A DNA stretch of 64,000 nt from Dictyostelium discoideum. Its lineage: Eukaryota. The stretch is taken from NCBI GenBank assembly GCA_000004695.1, contig CM000151.3:480001-544000 (forward strand). The letters run 5' to 3'. Below, one piece after another: positions 40,187-54,600 of the stretch. The stretch's first letter is position 1. Each line of letters opens with the position of its first letter. The position numbers were made by a program, and so were the translations under genes. The notes under the pieces were generated by a model. It was not told where the DNA came from. It made no database searches and worked only from the letters and a program-made list of their open reading frames with translations.

Positions 40187-43100
40187 ATGTTGAAACGACA
40201 AAAGCATATTCGTATTTAAGCATGTTAAGTAAAACACATGGTAAATGTAAAGCATTTGATGAAAGTGGTGATGGTTTTACACGTGGTGAATGTGCTGGTG
40301 TTGTAGTTTTAAAGAATTTACAAGATGCAGTAAAAGATGGTAATAGAATTTATTGTGTAATTAATGGTTCAAGTTCAAATGTTGATGGTAATGGTAATAT
40401 GGATAAAGTTAACTTTTATTCGCCATCAAAGCAATCACAATTTAATAATATTAATTCAGCATTTAAATCAACCAATGAAAAACTTTCAGTAAATGAAATT
40501 CAATATATCGAAGCACATGGTACTGGTACTAAAACAGGCGATCCAATTGAAACTGAAGCAATTTCAATGGCTTTTAAAAATAGAGATAAATCAACACCAA
40601 TTCTAATTGGTTCAATTAAAAGTAATATTGGTCATTGTGAAGCTGGTTCAGGTGTTGCATCATTAATCAAATGTTGTTTAATGTTTAAATATCAATGCTT
40701 TTTACCAAACATTCATTTCAAAAATCCAAATCCATTAATTAAATTCAATGAATGGAATTTAAAAGTTGTAACATCACCAATTCCATTCAACAGGAAAAAT
40801 GAAAAACCAGTTTCAATGATGATTAATAACTTTGGTGTAACAGGTTCAAATTGTTGTTTACTTATTTCAGAGTTTAAAAAACAAGATTATGAGCCATATG
40901 AAAACAACTACAAAAGTAATAATAAAAATATATTAATACCATTCTCAGCAAATTCATCAAATTCATTAAATCAATACCAATCAAAATTTAAAAATATAAT
41001 TAATAATCAATTCAATTTTATTGATTTTACCGCAAATCAAATTTATTCAAAATCAAATTATCTTTGTCAAAGATCAGTTATAGCTGCAAGTAATTCAAAT
41101 GAACTTTTTGAAAAAATTTTAAATAAAAAACAAATTCAAACTAAAAATTCAATCATTTCGAATATGTCATTCAAAGGAAAGAACCCAATTACAATTTTTG
41201 TTTTTTCAGGTCAAGGATCACAATATCCTAAAATGGCTTTAGAATTATATAATAATGAAGTAATCTTTAAGAAGTCAATTGATTTAATCAATTCAAAATT
41301 ATCAAAATACTATGGTTATTCAGTTTTAGAAAAATTAAGGTCGATAGGAGATGATGATACCACTTCCATTCATGATCCAAATATTTCACAACCAGCAGTG
41401 TGTATGATTTCAGTATCACTATTTGAATTGTATTGCCATTGGGGAGTAAATCCATCATTTATTCTTGGTCATAGTCTTGGTGAAATTTCAGCATCATATT
41501 GTTCTGGAATGATAGACTTAGATACATTCTGTTATACAGTTTATCACAGATCAATAGCGCAAACTAAAACACACGGTAATGGTAGAATGTTATCAATCAA
41601 TATCAGTGATGAAGAATTTAAATCAATGTATTCTCAAAAGTATCCACAAATTGAAATAGCATGTTATAATTCACCTCAATCAATTGTTGTGGCAGGTAAT
41701 GAATCAATATTAAATGAAATTTCAAAAGAATTAAAAGAAAAAGAAATTTTCACTGCAATGTTAGGTTCATTATCATCATTCCATACAAGTAGTCAGCAAT
41801 GTACAAAAGATAGTGTATTAAAACTAAATATTCAAAGCAATCAACCAAAAGTACCAATATTTTCAACAGTTACAACAAATTTATTTAATGAATCAAATCG
41901 ATTTAATTCACAATATGTTTACGATAATATTATTAATCCAGTTAGATTCACACAAACAATTTCAAATATTTATAAACATATCGAATCAAATCAATTAAAT
42001 AATGATATTGTATTCATTGAAATTGCACCACATCCAACATTATCATTTTATATTAAACAAATGGTACCATCAAGTTTAAATGAATCAGTTTCAGTTTATT
42101 CAGCACTTCACAAGAAAAAGAATGATGTCGAAGAGTTTCAACAAACCATTTCAAATTTATATTGTCAAAATGGATATAATATTAATTTTAAATGTCAATT
42201 TAATAATAAAAAATCAAATAAAAAAATTGATTTACCTCTTTACCAATGGAGTGACGAAACATACTTCGCTCAAACTCAAACACTTGAACAACATAGAGAA
42301 GAAGGACCACCAATTGACCATCTTGGTATATCAAACTCTTTTATTTCACCATTTAATAATTCATATAAAACATTAATCGATATAAACAATAAACCATTCC
42401 AATATCTTAAAGGTCATATGGTTAAAGGTAAATACTACTTCCCAGGTTGTGGTTATATCGATAATATTATTCAACTTTATAAAAATCAAGATATTTTTAT
42501 TAGTTTTATAGAATTTAAAACACCATTAATTTTAATTGAAGGTATCAATCAATGTTTACAAACAAACATTCAACAAACTGGTAAAAGTGAATATCGTGCA
42601 CAATTTCATTTCAAAGATCAAAAATCAAATCAATGGACTCAATCGTCAAATTCAAATTTCCAATTATTAGATCATGGTAATGATATACCATCAAATTATA
42701 ATATTGAAGAAATTATTAAAAACAAATGTAATTTAAGCAAATTAACAAAGAATGAACTTTATACACATATAAAATCAAAAACTGGTTTAAATTATACTGG
42801 AGTTTTTAAAGGTGTTACTGAATGTTATATAGGTGATAACTGTTCATTATCAGTTGTATCTTTAGAATCTCAAACAAACTCATTTTTAAATATACCAATA
42901 TTAGATACATGTTTACATGGAATGTTAGTATTAATAAATGATCAATGTCAAATTGTATTTGATAAAACCATTGGATTTAAATATTATTCATCAAACATAC
43001 CAGCATATTTCAAAGAAAATAAAGATTGTTTTTATGTTTATTCCCATTTAAAATCAAAGAGTGCTGATTCATACCATGGATCTATAATTGTAATGTTATC

Positions 43101-46100
43101 AGATGGTTCAGTTTTATATGAAATTCAAGAAGTTGTTTGTAAATCATTAATTCCAATCAAAGATTCACTTAAAATTGAATATCCAAATGATGAATTATAC
43201 AAAGTTCATTTACAATCAAAAGATTCTCAAATTCCAACACCATCATATTTCAAATCAATTATTTATGAAAATGATTCTTTCCATTCTATTGTAAATATTC
43301 CAGAAGATTTATTCAAATATATTTCAACATTGTTTTATAAAGATATTATAAAAAGATGTCCAGAAATTAATATCAATAAAATTAATTCTCATAGTGTTAA
43401 TGAAATTATTTCAAGTTTCAGTAAAATTTCAAAACACGAAAGATTATTTAGATTTGTATTTGAAACAATAAAAGAGAATGGTATTCTTAATAGTTTGGAA
43501 GAAAATGATGATGCTTATTTCGAATTTAATGAATTAGTTATAAAATCATCAAGAATTATTTCAAAATTATTATTTCCATTAGAAAATGATAATGATAATG
43601 AAGATTTACCTCAATCATTATTTCAAAATGGTTTAATGGATAAATTTTATAAATGCAACAATTTTAAAAAGAAAAATCAAATTATTTCACATGTTATAAA
43701 ACATTCAATTAAAGAGATTATTAATAATAATATTATAATTAGAATTTTAGAATTTGGAGGAGGTACTGCATCATTATCAGTTGAAGTTATTGGAGAAATC
43801 GTTACATTACTCCAAGAGAATCCAAATTATCAAGTTGAAATCGAATATACATGGAGTGATATTTCACCTGCATTCATAGCAGATGCAAAGAATAAAATCA
43901 ATAAAATCATTAATGATGCTGCTATAACAAATGGATTAAATGTTATTTATCTTCCATTAACAATTGGTGAATCATTGATAGAAACTCAATCAATTAAACC
44001 ATCATATTATGATTTCGTTATAATGTCAAATGTTCTTCATGTTGTTAAAGATATCAAACAAGTGGTAGAACAAATGTATCAATTGTTAACACCAAATGGT
44101 CAATTGGTGTTTGTTGAACCACCTTATAAATCAATTCTAATTGATTCAATAGTTGGTTCATTTGATCAATGGTGGTCATTCACTGATACTGATATTAGAA
44201 AAGATAGATGTGGTATGTCTCAACAAAGTTGGTATCAATTATTAAAGACATGTAATTTTAAAGACATTGTAATGTCTAAAGAATGCATTTTCGGATCAGT
44301 AATACAGGCACAAAAACCACCAATTTCTTTATTGAATTCTCAACCAAAACATGATAATATAATTATATATGGTGGTGGTAATAATTCACGTTTTTTTGAA
44401 AACATCAAATTATATTCAAATTCGAAAAGTTTAATTCAAATTGAAACTATTCAAGAATTTAATCAATTTATAAATAAATCTACAATTACAAACGATTCAA
44501 TCATTTATTTTATAAAAACATTAGAAACATTATCATTGGATAATTTTGCACAAATAACTCTTGAATATATTGAAATCAATAAAAAACTATTACAAATTAA
44601 TAGTTTATGTAAACATGTATTAATTGTTAGTGATTCAAGAAAAACTAACTATTTAGCATCATCAGTTGTTGGTGCTGCAAGATACTTTGATGAATTCCAA
44701 CAATTGAAATTACATACGTTAGATTTTGATTATGATTCAACTCAAAATTATATAAATTCAAAAAATAACAAAATGGTTCAATTCATTAATATATTAACAG
44801 ATTCAAAAACAAATGTTCATAAAGAAATGATTATAATTAATAATAAAGTATATTATGAAATAGTTCAAAAAGAGAAAAATCTAAAATTAAAATACAATTC
44901 AGAATCTTTTGAAAATCAAAATAATTTAATGTGTTCATTATCACCAAATTTAGAATATCAATTACAATCAAAACAAATTAAATTAAGAGATAATCAAGTT
45001 GAAGTTAAAACAATTGCAACTGGTATCAATTATAAAGATTATTTAAATTTTAGTGGTTCAAATAGCAACGGTGATGACAATACAGGTTTACCACAATTTG
45101 GATATGAATTTTCAGGTATTATAACAAGAGTTGGTAATAATGTAAAAGATTATAAAGTTGGTGATAATGTATTTGGTTTATCAAATTCTTGTACATCATC
45201 TCACATTGTTACAAATTTTAAAAATATTCAATTAAAACCTTCAAAAATAAGTCATATTGAAGCATCATCAATTCCAATTGATTATTTAGCATCATTTATT
45301 AGTTTATTTAATGTTGGTAGTTTAAATATTGAAGATAATGAATCAATTTTAATTCATTTAGGTAGTGATGGTTTTGGATTATCAACATTTGAAATATTAA
45401 AATGGAAAGGTTTTAAATCAAATTTATTCGTTACAGTAAATTCAGATGAAACTAAACAATATCTTCTAGATAGATATGGTGATTTTATTAGTGGAATTTA
45501 TTCAAACACAGATAAAAGTTATGTTACAGAAATAAAAAACGAATTAATTAAATTAGGTTCAAAAAAGAAAGGAGTAGATTTAATATTAAATACATTACCA
45601 AGTGATTTTATGGATTCAAATTTCGAGTTATTAACAAAGAATGCAAGAATAATTGATTTAACTTCAAATCATTTAAATCAAAGTGAATTTTTAAAAAATA
45701 TCAATTTTAAATATAATCATAGTTACCACAACTTTCAGTTATCATTATTTCAAAAAAATAAAATACAAAAATGTTTAAATGAAATTTCAAATGCTATTGA
45801 AAATGGAGAATTAAAAACTATTCCAATTAAAGAATTTACAAATTTAAATATTAAAGATGCCATCAAATACATTACCAACGGTAACATTGAAAAAATTACA
45901 GTTAGCCATGACCATGAAATTTATAGTGATATTATTTATAGATATTTAGATGAAAAAGAGTTTTCAATATTAAAATCAAATTATCAAATTAATTCAAATA
46001 ATTTAGGTAAAAATATATTAATTACAGGTCAATCAGGTATTATTTTAGAAATATTAAAATGGATCATTAAATATTCAAATATTAATACAATAGAAAATGT

Positions 46101-47091
46101 TATTATTCTTTCAAGATCATCATTAAAATGGGAATTAGAGTTATTAATTAATCAAACTAAACTATCAAATAATAATATTAAATTTCATTTCAAGAGTATT
46201 GATGTTGGTGATAGTGAACAAGTTGATAATGCAATCAATGAAATATTAAATGAAAATCAACAAATTACAAATATTGATTCAATATACCATTTTGCATTTC
46301 AACAAATTACATGTAAAGTTCAAGAAATCAATATGAAACATTTAGATATTTCACATGGAGCAAAATCAATGGGAGCAATTAATTTACATAATCAATCAAT
46401 TAAACGTAATTGGAAATTAATTAATTTTGTTATGGCTTCTTCTGCAATTTCATTAATAGGTTCAACAGATTTATGTACATATGCTTGTGCAAATACTCTA
46501 CTAGATTCATTTTCAAAATACAGAGTATCACTTGGATTACCATCTGCATGTATTAACTTTGGATCAATTGAATCTACTGGTTTCGTTTCAAAGAATGAAT
46601 CAGTTTCAGTATTTTTAGACGGTGGTGGTTTCCATCCAACACCAATCAATCAAGTTTTAGGCCTTTTAGATTTACAAATTCAAAATTCTGGTAAATTCAC
46701 AAATTCAATGCTTTCAAATTTCAAACCCTCAAAATTTAAAAATAATCAACAAATATCATTATTTCTAAAATTTGATTACTTGATGAATTTAAAAAACAAT
46801 AGTGAACAAACTAAAAAAGAGAATATTGGAAATAAAAACATTGATGAATTATTCATTGAGAAAGTTTCAGAATTATTTTCAACCGATGAATCAAAAATAA
46901 ATAAAAATCTTAGATTAATCGATTATGGTGCAGATTCATTAATAATAGTTCAATTAAAGAATTGGATAGATAAAGAAATTGGTATTAATTTAATAACAAT
47001 TCAACAACTTCAAAATAATACAATTAATATTTCAATCAAAATGATATTAAATTCATTAATGAAAAATAATCAATGTGGAAGGGAAATTTAA
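40187..47091 (+). CDS. PKS paralog C, exon 2 (KS-AT-DH-cMT-ER-KR-ACP); ends ...MKNNQCGREI* directly after the ACP
   Basis: Intron 40115-40186 in phase 1. It is more than 90% identical to paralog B through the ACP. No R domain is present. Confidence 0.85.
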
Positions 47092-47449
47092 CTTTTTTTT
47101 TTTCAGGGAAAAAAAGCGCTATTTTACCTACACTGCTTTGTGAAATTTAAATAAAAAACCAATATCTAATAATAATAATAATTAATTTATATTTTTAATA
47201 TGAATGTTTTAATATAATTTATTTAAATAATTAAATTCTAAAAATAAAACTTTTGATTTAAAAAATAAAAAATAAAATAAAAAATTCAAAAAACAGCTCT
47301 ACAAATGTCAAAAGAAAAATTTCTAAAGATATTTCACGGTTTTTTACGAGCTCGAAAATATCTTAGGCGCCTACACAAAAAAATTTTATTTTAATAATAT
47401 GACAACATCACAAAATAAATTTACAGAAAAAAAAAAAAATAAAAAAATA

Positions 47450-47477
47450 AATTAGAGATGCCGGAAATGAAAAAAAA

Positions 47478-47516
<39 letters not shown>

Positions 47517-48348
47517 GCAAAAAAAAAAAAAAAAAAAAAAAAATTTGGTTTTTTTTTTTTTTAATTTTTTTTTTTTAATTTTTTTTTTTATTTTTTTTTT
47601 AAATTAATTTATATTTATTTTAGGAGTCAATCCATTCATCTAAATCTATTTTCTCAACTGCTTTTGGAGTAACTGTTATTGAAAAAATTATATTTATTTG
47701 AGACTGTTGAGAATGTTTTTTTGTTTTATTTTTTTATAAAATATTTAATATACCATCTGGATGAATATTTTTTTATAAAATTTAATTAATTAAATTCTCT
47801 CTTTTTTTATTTATAAACAAAACTATAGAACCAACTGACAACATCTTCATACTCCATTGGAATTCTTCGGCACTCAGAGATTAAAATTAAATGATCCCAT
47901 CATTTTACCATTAGAAGATGGATCGTTTAAACTTGTTTTTGGTTATCCACCTTTTGATATTGAAATAATTGAGGTTAAATATTTGGGTGATGGTAGAATT
48001 GGAATAAGATACCATGTCTTATTACCATCAAGAGAAGATCTAGAAACAATAGTTGGTTATGATTATTCATCCAGATGGTATATTAAATATGATTGTCTAC
48101 CACTCAAAACCACAAGCTTTCACTTTCTTCATCACTCTGCCTCTACAAAAGAACAAGAAAAATATCAAAGTTGTAAAATCGATATTGAAAAAGATATAAA
48201 ATATTTTTCAATAACAGTTACTCCAAAAGCAGTTGAGAAAATAGATTTAGATGAATGGATTGACTCCTAAAATAAATATAAATTAATTTAAAAAAAAAAT
48301 AAAAAAAATAAAAAAAATAAAAAAAAACAATTTTTTTTTTTTTTTTGC

Positions 48349-48390
<42 letters not shown>

Positions 48391-48412
48391 CATTTCCAGC
48401 GTCTCTATTAAA
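47450..48412. mobile_element. foldback / TIR element of about 960 bp with about 250-bp terminal inverted repeats
   Basis: The left arm is about 47450-47700 and the right arm about 48180-48412. The inner 64 bp (47622-47687 GGAGTCAATCCATTCATCTAAATCTATTTTCTCAACTGCTTTTGGAGTAACTGTTATTGAAAAA) is the exact reverse complement of 48204-48267. The outer ends TAGAGATGCCGGAAATGA and TCATTTCCAGCGTCTCTA match with two mismatches. AAATTTGGCAAAA and TTTTGCCAAATTT are mirrored. Confidence 0.6.
47857..48270 (+). other. 137-codon open frame inside the foldback element (no in-frame ATG)
   Basis: The track ORF starts at TTG. The frame opens after the TGA at 47836 and contains no ATG codon. Its last 22 codons are encoded by the right inverted-repeat arm. 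It may be an internal exon, or a frame left open by the repeat; it is not supportable as a protein gene. Confidence 0.15.
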
Positions 48413-48834
48413 AAAAACAAAATAAAAAAAAAAAAAAAATTAAAAAAATAAAAAAAAAATTAAAAAAATAAAACAAAAAAACATTTTCAAATAAAAGAAA
48501 AAAGAAAAATATTGTGGATCGAAGAGAATCGATTTTTTTTTTTTTTTTTTATTAATCGTTAGAATTTGCAATTAAATTGCGATTTTTTAATTTTTTTGAT
48601 CTGAAATGAATTTTAAAAATCATAATATTAATAATAGTAATAAAAAAATTAATGATAAATAATTTATTTATTTAATTTTATATATTTTGGAGTTTTCTTT
48701 CGAAACTTTTCAGTCGAAAAATAAAAAATTAAGAAAAATGAAAAAAAAAAGTTTTGGTTCACGCTTTACAATATTCTTATAATATAAATTGTGTTGTTCC
48801 TTTATTTATTATGATCATTTTTTTTTTTTGGTAT

Positions 48835-50170
48835 AAATAAACTATTGTAGTATACAATTAGTATGTTATTTTTATTTATTTATTTTAGGTTTTTTAGTTT
48901 TTGTGAATTTAAAATGGTATGTTATTTTAGATGTGGTAATTAATAATTAATTGGTAGTGTAATTGTTGGAATTGGTTCATTTGTGTTTATGCTCCATTCT
49001 TTTTTAAATTTTTTGATGGTTTCGGACCATTGGGTTTCTTTTTGAGTTTTTGTGAGGTTGTTTTTAATTGAGTATTGGTTAAAGTTTGATAATGTTCTTG
49101 AATATTCCAATCTTATTAGCTTGTGCCATTTTGATTTTAATATATCATAATCTAGTGTTGTGTTGTTTATTTGGTTGTTCCAATTGTCAATTGATTGAGT
49201 TATATTGATGTCAAATAATGATTTGCATAACCATATTTGGTGAATAACTAATGAGATTATGTTCCAATATGCATGTGTTCTGACTAGATCAAGATTTGTT
49301 TATATAATTCCAGTTGAATCTGTATTTTTTATATTGTGCGTTTTCTGCTAAATGAAAATTAATATTGATAGTTGGATCTGGTTTAAATGCTTTGTTGTTT
49401 GTTTGTGGTTTATAAATGAGTGTGTATAATTTTGTTGTTTGGTTTTTTGTTAGTGACCAGTTTTTGTTTCCATTGCAATTTTTATATATAAAATATTTTA
49501 ATTTGTCGTGGTTTATGAAGTTGATTGTGTGCTGACAATTGAAAAACAAATGACCATAGGGATCATTATTCATTTCATTGTTGCAAATGGGGCAAACTTT
49601 GTTGTGTAGATGATTAATTGGAAGACATCTAGCATGGAATCTTTGCATTGTATCACGGCCTTTTGGATCTTTTAATTTTTGAATTTTGACAAATAGTTGG
49701 TCGTATGTGTATTTCCATAATAGTTGTATTGATTGTTGGTGCGAAGTAAGAAGTATATCTGAATATTTCTTGCCAACATAGTCTTTTGATTTACATTGGT
49801 GATTGTTGAGTATTGTCGAGTAGATTTCTTTGAGTGTTGGTGGTAGTGAAATATTATTTGTGGTTAATGTTTGAGAGGTTTGGTTTTTTGTTAATATTGG
49901 TTGTAGGGTTTGAACTTTATCTTTTAGATGTCCAATTTGAGTTGCATAGTTTTCCCATTCTTTTTTGATTTTTATAAGGTATGGAGAAGAGATTGATTTG
50001 TTGATGATTTGATCCATCCAACTTATCATGTATATTGAATTGTTTGCAGATTTATGCTTTTGTAAAAATCTGTTGTATATCCAAATCTTTTGAGCAACTT
50101 GTCGTAATTGTATATTCCACATACCCCAACCACCTTCTTTTAATGGTGTTTCAACAAATTGAAACAAATT
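48835..50170 (-). mobile_element. 5'-truncated non-LTR (LINE/TRE-like) retrotransposon 3' fragment: ORF2 post-RT region plus a C-terminal CCHC zinc-knuckle
   Basis: The minus ORF 49289-50167 contains PLKEGGWGMWNI, the conserved post-RT E-GG-LG motif of L1-type ORF2. It also contains CPICNNEMNNDPYGHLFFNC (CX2CX11HX4C, the ORF2 C-terminal zinc-knuckle). The segment is richer in G+T than the flanks. A T13 run at 48821-48833 is consistent with a poly(A) tail on the minus strand. Confidence 0.55.
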
Positions 50171-50980
50171 GAAACAAGTTTTTTTAATGTTTAAAAAAGG
50201 AATCTCTAAAAATAACCTATATTTAAAAATAATAAAATTTTTTAAAATTCCAACTTTTTAAAAATGGTTTTTTTATTTTTTAATTGAAAAAAAAAAAAAA
50301 ATTAAACCCAATTAAACAAAATTTTTTTTCTAATTAATCAAACATGATATTATTTTCTCCAAATTTAAAATATTTTTAAATTATTCCACATCATAAAATG
50401 TATACATATGTGTATTTTATTGTGAAAAATCCCCTTGTTAATGAAGGGAAATTTTTTTTGAAATTTCACTACAAAAAGATTTGGTATGAAAATTTGAAAA
50501 AGACAAAAAAAAAAAAAAAATTAAAATTAAAAAAAATATCTTCACGTGGGAATTTATTTTCAGAAAAACCTTTTTTTTTTTTCATTTTTTATTTTTTTTT
50601 ATTTTTTAAATTCTTAATAATAAATAAAATGACAGTAAAATAAACATAAAAACAAAAACCAAATTTACAGACTTTATTTTTAAAATCCCCAACATGATAC
50701 CGATTATCTCCAAATTTAAAATGTTCCACACTATATAAAAAAAAGTGGTACTTGATAATTTTAATTAATATTCATTTTTTTTTATTGGTTCACCTATTTT
50801 TAACTGCTTCTTACTATAAAAAATAATAGTAAAAAAAAAAGTAAATAATGCAAGTTTCTAAAAAAAAAAAAAAATATAAATTAAAAAAAAAAAAAACAAA
50901 ATTTAATTTTAAAATTAATTTAGAATTATTTCTGGTAATAACTAATAGAGATATTCCTCAACTAAAATAACTAAGCACCA

Positions 50981-51617
50981 ATGAATAATTTAGAAATTAT
51001 AAATTTAATAGATAAAGGTGTTGCAATTGTTGGGGTGGGGTTTAGAATTCCTTCTGGTAATAATGAAAATTCAATTTGTTCACCAGATGATTTATTTAAT
51101 AATTTAAAGAATGGTTTTGATGGTGTTAGTAGTACATCAGAAAGATGGAGTGACAATTTTCATAAATTAGGTGAAATTAGTAGTCCAAATGCAGGTTTAT
51201 TACCATTTAATGAATGCAAATCATTCGATCCATTATTTTTTGGTATTAATCCATCCGATGCTCATCAGATTGATCCTCAACAAAGATTATTATTAAAATG
51301 TACATGGGAAGCATTAGAAGATGCATCTATCGATCCAATTTCAATTCGTGGTACAAATACTTCAGTTTTCATTGGTTCTTCAAATATTGATTATCAACAT
51401 ATAAATAAACACCAAGACTCAGTTTTAAAAAATGTAATAGCACAATCTGCCTATGCTGTTTCAAATAGAATTTCATACTGTTTCGATTTTAATGGTCCAT
51501 CATTATCAATCGATACTGCATGTTCATCATCATTAAATGCAGTTTCTCAAGGTTATCATTCAATATTAAATGGTACTTCCAATATGTCAATTGTTGGTGG
51601 TGTAAATTTAATATTAG
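50981..51617 (+). CDS. PKS paralog D, exon 1 (KS N-terminus)
   Basis: ATG at 50981. The exon ends ...VNLIL then G|GTAAGA. Confidence 0.85.
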
Positions 51618-51691
51618 GTAAGAATTACATTTAAATATATTATATATAAAATACACTCATTAATTAATTTTTTATTTAAATATTTTACTAG

Positions 51692-54600
51692 ATGTTGGAA
51701 TGATAAAAGCATATTCGTATTTAAGCATGTTAAGTAAAACACATGGTAAATGTAAAGCATTTGATGAAAGTGGCGATGGTTTTACACGTGGTGAATGTGC
51801 TACTATTGTAGTTTTAAAAAATTTACAAGATGCAGTTAAAGATGGTAATAGAATTTATTGTGTAATTAATGGCTCAAGTTCAAACGTTGATGGCGGCGGT
51901 CATATGGATAAAGTTAACCTTTATTCACCATCAAAGCAATCACAATTTAATAATATTAATTCAGCATTTAAATCAACCAATGGTAAACTTTCAATTAATG
52001 ATATTCAATATATCGAAGCACATGGTACTGGTACTAAAACAGGCGATCCAATTGAAACTGAAGCAATTTCAATGGCTTTTAAAAATAGAGATAAATCAAC
52101 ACCAATTCTAATTGGTTCAATTAAAAGTAATATTGGTCATTGTGAAGCTGGTTCAGGTGTTGCATCATTAATCAAATGTTGTTTAATGTTTAAATATCAA
52201 TGCTTTTTACCAAATATTCATTTCAAAAATCCAAATCCATTAATTAAATTCAATGAATGGAATTTAAAAGTTGTAACATCACCAATTCCATTCAACAAAA
52301 GAATTAATGAAAAACCAGTTTCAATGATGATTAATAACTTTGGTGTAACAGGTTCAAATTGTTGTTTACTTATTTCAGAATTTAAAAAACAAGATTATGA
52401 ATCATATGAAAACAACAACAACAACAAAAGTAATCATAAAAATATATTAATACCATTCTCAGCAAATTCATCAAATTCATTAAATCAATACCAATCAAAA
52501 TTTAAAAATATAATTAATAATCAATTCAATTTTATTGATTTTACCGCAAATCAAATTTATTCAAAATCAAATTATCTTTATCAAAGATCAGTTGTAATTG
52601 CAAGTAATTCAAATGAACTTTTTGAAAAAATTTTAAATAAAAAACAAATTCAAACTAAAAATTCAATCATTTCGAATATGTCATTCAAAGGAAAGAACCC
52701 AATTACAATTTTTGTTTTTTCAGGTCAAGGATCACAATATCCTAAAATGGCTTTAGAATTATATAATAATGATGAAATTTTTAAGAAGTCAATTGATTTA
52801 ATCGATTCAAAATTATCAAAGTACTATGGTTATTCAGTATGGGGGAAGTTAACAACGATCAAAGATGATGACTTGACCTCAATACATGATCCAATTTTCG
52901 CACAACCAGCACTGTGTATGCTTTCAGTATCACTATTTGAAATATATTGCCATTGGGGAGTAAATCCATCATTTATTCTTGGTCATAGTCTTGGTGAAAT
53001 TTCAGCAGCATATTGTTCTGGAATGATCGATTTAGATACATTCTGTTATACAGTTTATTACAGATCAATCGCCCAATCTAAAACAAATGGTTGTGGTAGA
53101 ATGTTATCAATTAATATCAGTGATGAAGAATTTAAATCAATGTATTCTCAAAAGTATCCACAAATTGAAATTGCGTGTTATAATTCACCTCAATCAATTG
53201 TTGTGGCAGGTAATGAATCAATATTAAATGAAATTTCGAAAGAATTAAAAGAAAAAGAAATTTTCACTGCAATGTTAGGTTCATTATCATCATTCCATAC
53301 AAGTAGTCAGCAATGTACAAAAGATAGTATATTACAACTAAACATTGAAAGTAATCAACCAAAAGTACCAATATTTTCAACAGTTACAACAAATTTATTT
53401 AATGAATCAAATCGATTTAATTCACAATATGTTTATGATAATATTATCAAACCAGTTAAATTCACACAAACAATTTCAAATATTTATAAACATATCGAAT
53501 CAAATCAATTAAATAATGATATTGTATTCATTGAAATTGCACCACATCCAACAATATCATTTTATATTAAGCAAATGGTACCATCAAGTTTAAATGAATC
53601 AGTTTCAGTTTATTCAGCACTTCACAAGAAAAAGAATGATGTCGAAGAGTTTCAACAAACCATTTCAAATTTATATTGTCAAAATGGATATAGTATTAAT
53701 TTTAAATGTCAATTGGAAAATAAAAAATCAAATCAATCAATAAATTTACCACTTTACCAATGGGATGATGAATTATACTTCGCTCAAACTCAAACACTTG
53801 AACAATATACAAAAGAAGGACCACCAATCGATCATCTTGGTCTATCAAACTCTTATTATTCACCATTTAAAAATTCATATAGAACATTTATTGATATAAA
53901 TAATAAACCATTCCAATATCTTAAAGGTCATATGGTTAAAGGTAAATACTACTTCCCAGGTTGTGGTTATATCGATATTATTATTCAACTTTATAAAAAT
54001 CAAGATATTTTTATTAGTTTTATTGAATTTAAAACACCATTAATTTTAATTGAAGGTATCAATCAATATTTACAAACAAACATTCAACAAACTGGTAAAA
54101 GTGAATATCGTGCACAATTTCATTTCAAAGATCAAAAATCAAATGAATGGATTCAATCATCAAATGCAAATTTCCAATTATTAGATCATGGTAATGATAT
54201 ACCATCAAATTATAATATTGAAGAAATTATTAAAAACAAATGTAATTTGAGCAAATTAACAAAGAATGAACTTTATACACAAATAAAATCAAAAACTGGT
54301 TTGAATTATACTGGTGTTTTTCAAGGTGCTACTGAATGTTATTTAGGTAATGATTGTTCATTATCAGTTTTATCTTTAAAATCTCAAACAAATTCATTTT
54401 TAAATATACCAATTTTAGATACATGTTTACATGGAATGTTAGTATTAATAAATGATCAAAGTCAAATTGTATTTGATAAAGCCATTGGATTTAAATATTA
54501 TTCATCAAACATACCATCGGATCTTAAAGAATATAAAGATAGTATTTATGTTTATTCCAATTTAAAACCAAAAAATGCTGATTCATACCATGGATCTATT

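Noticed and set aside
47857-48270. The 137-aa ORF as a bona fide protein gene.
   Set aside because: There is no in-frame ATG; the track start is TTG. Part of the frame is imposed by the inverted repeat, so at most it is an exon of something I cannot reconstruct.
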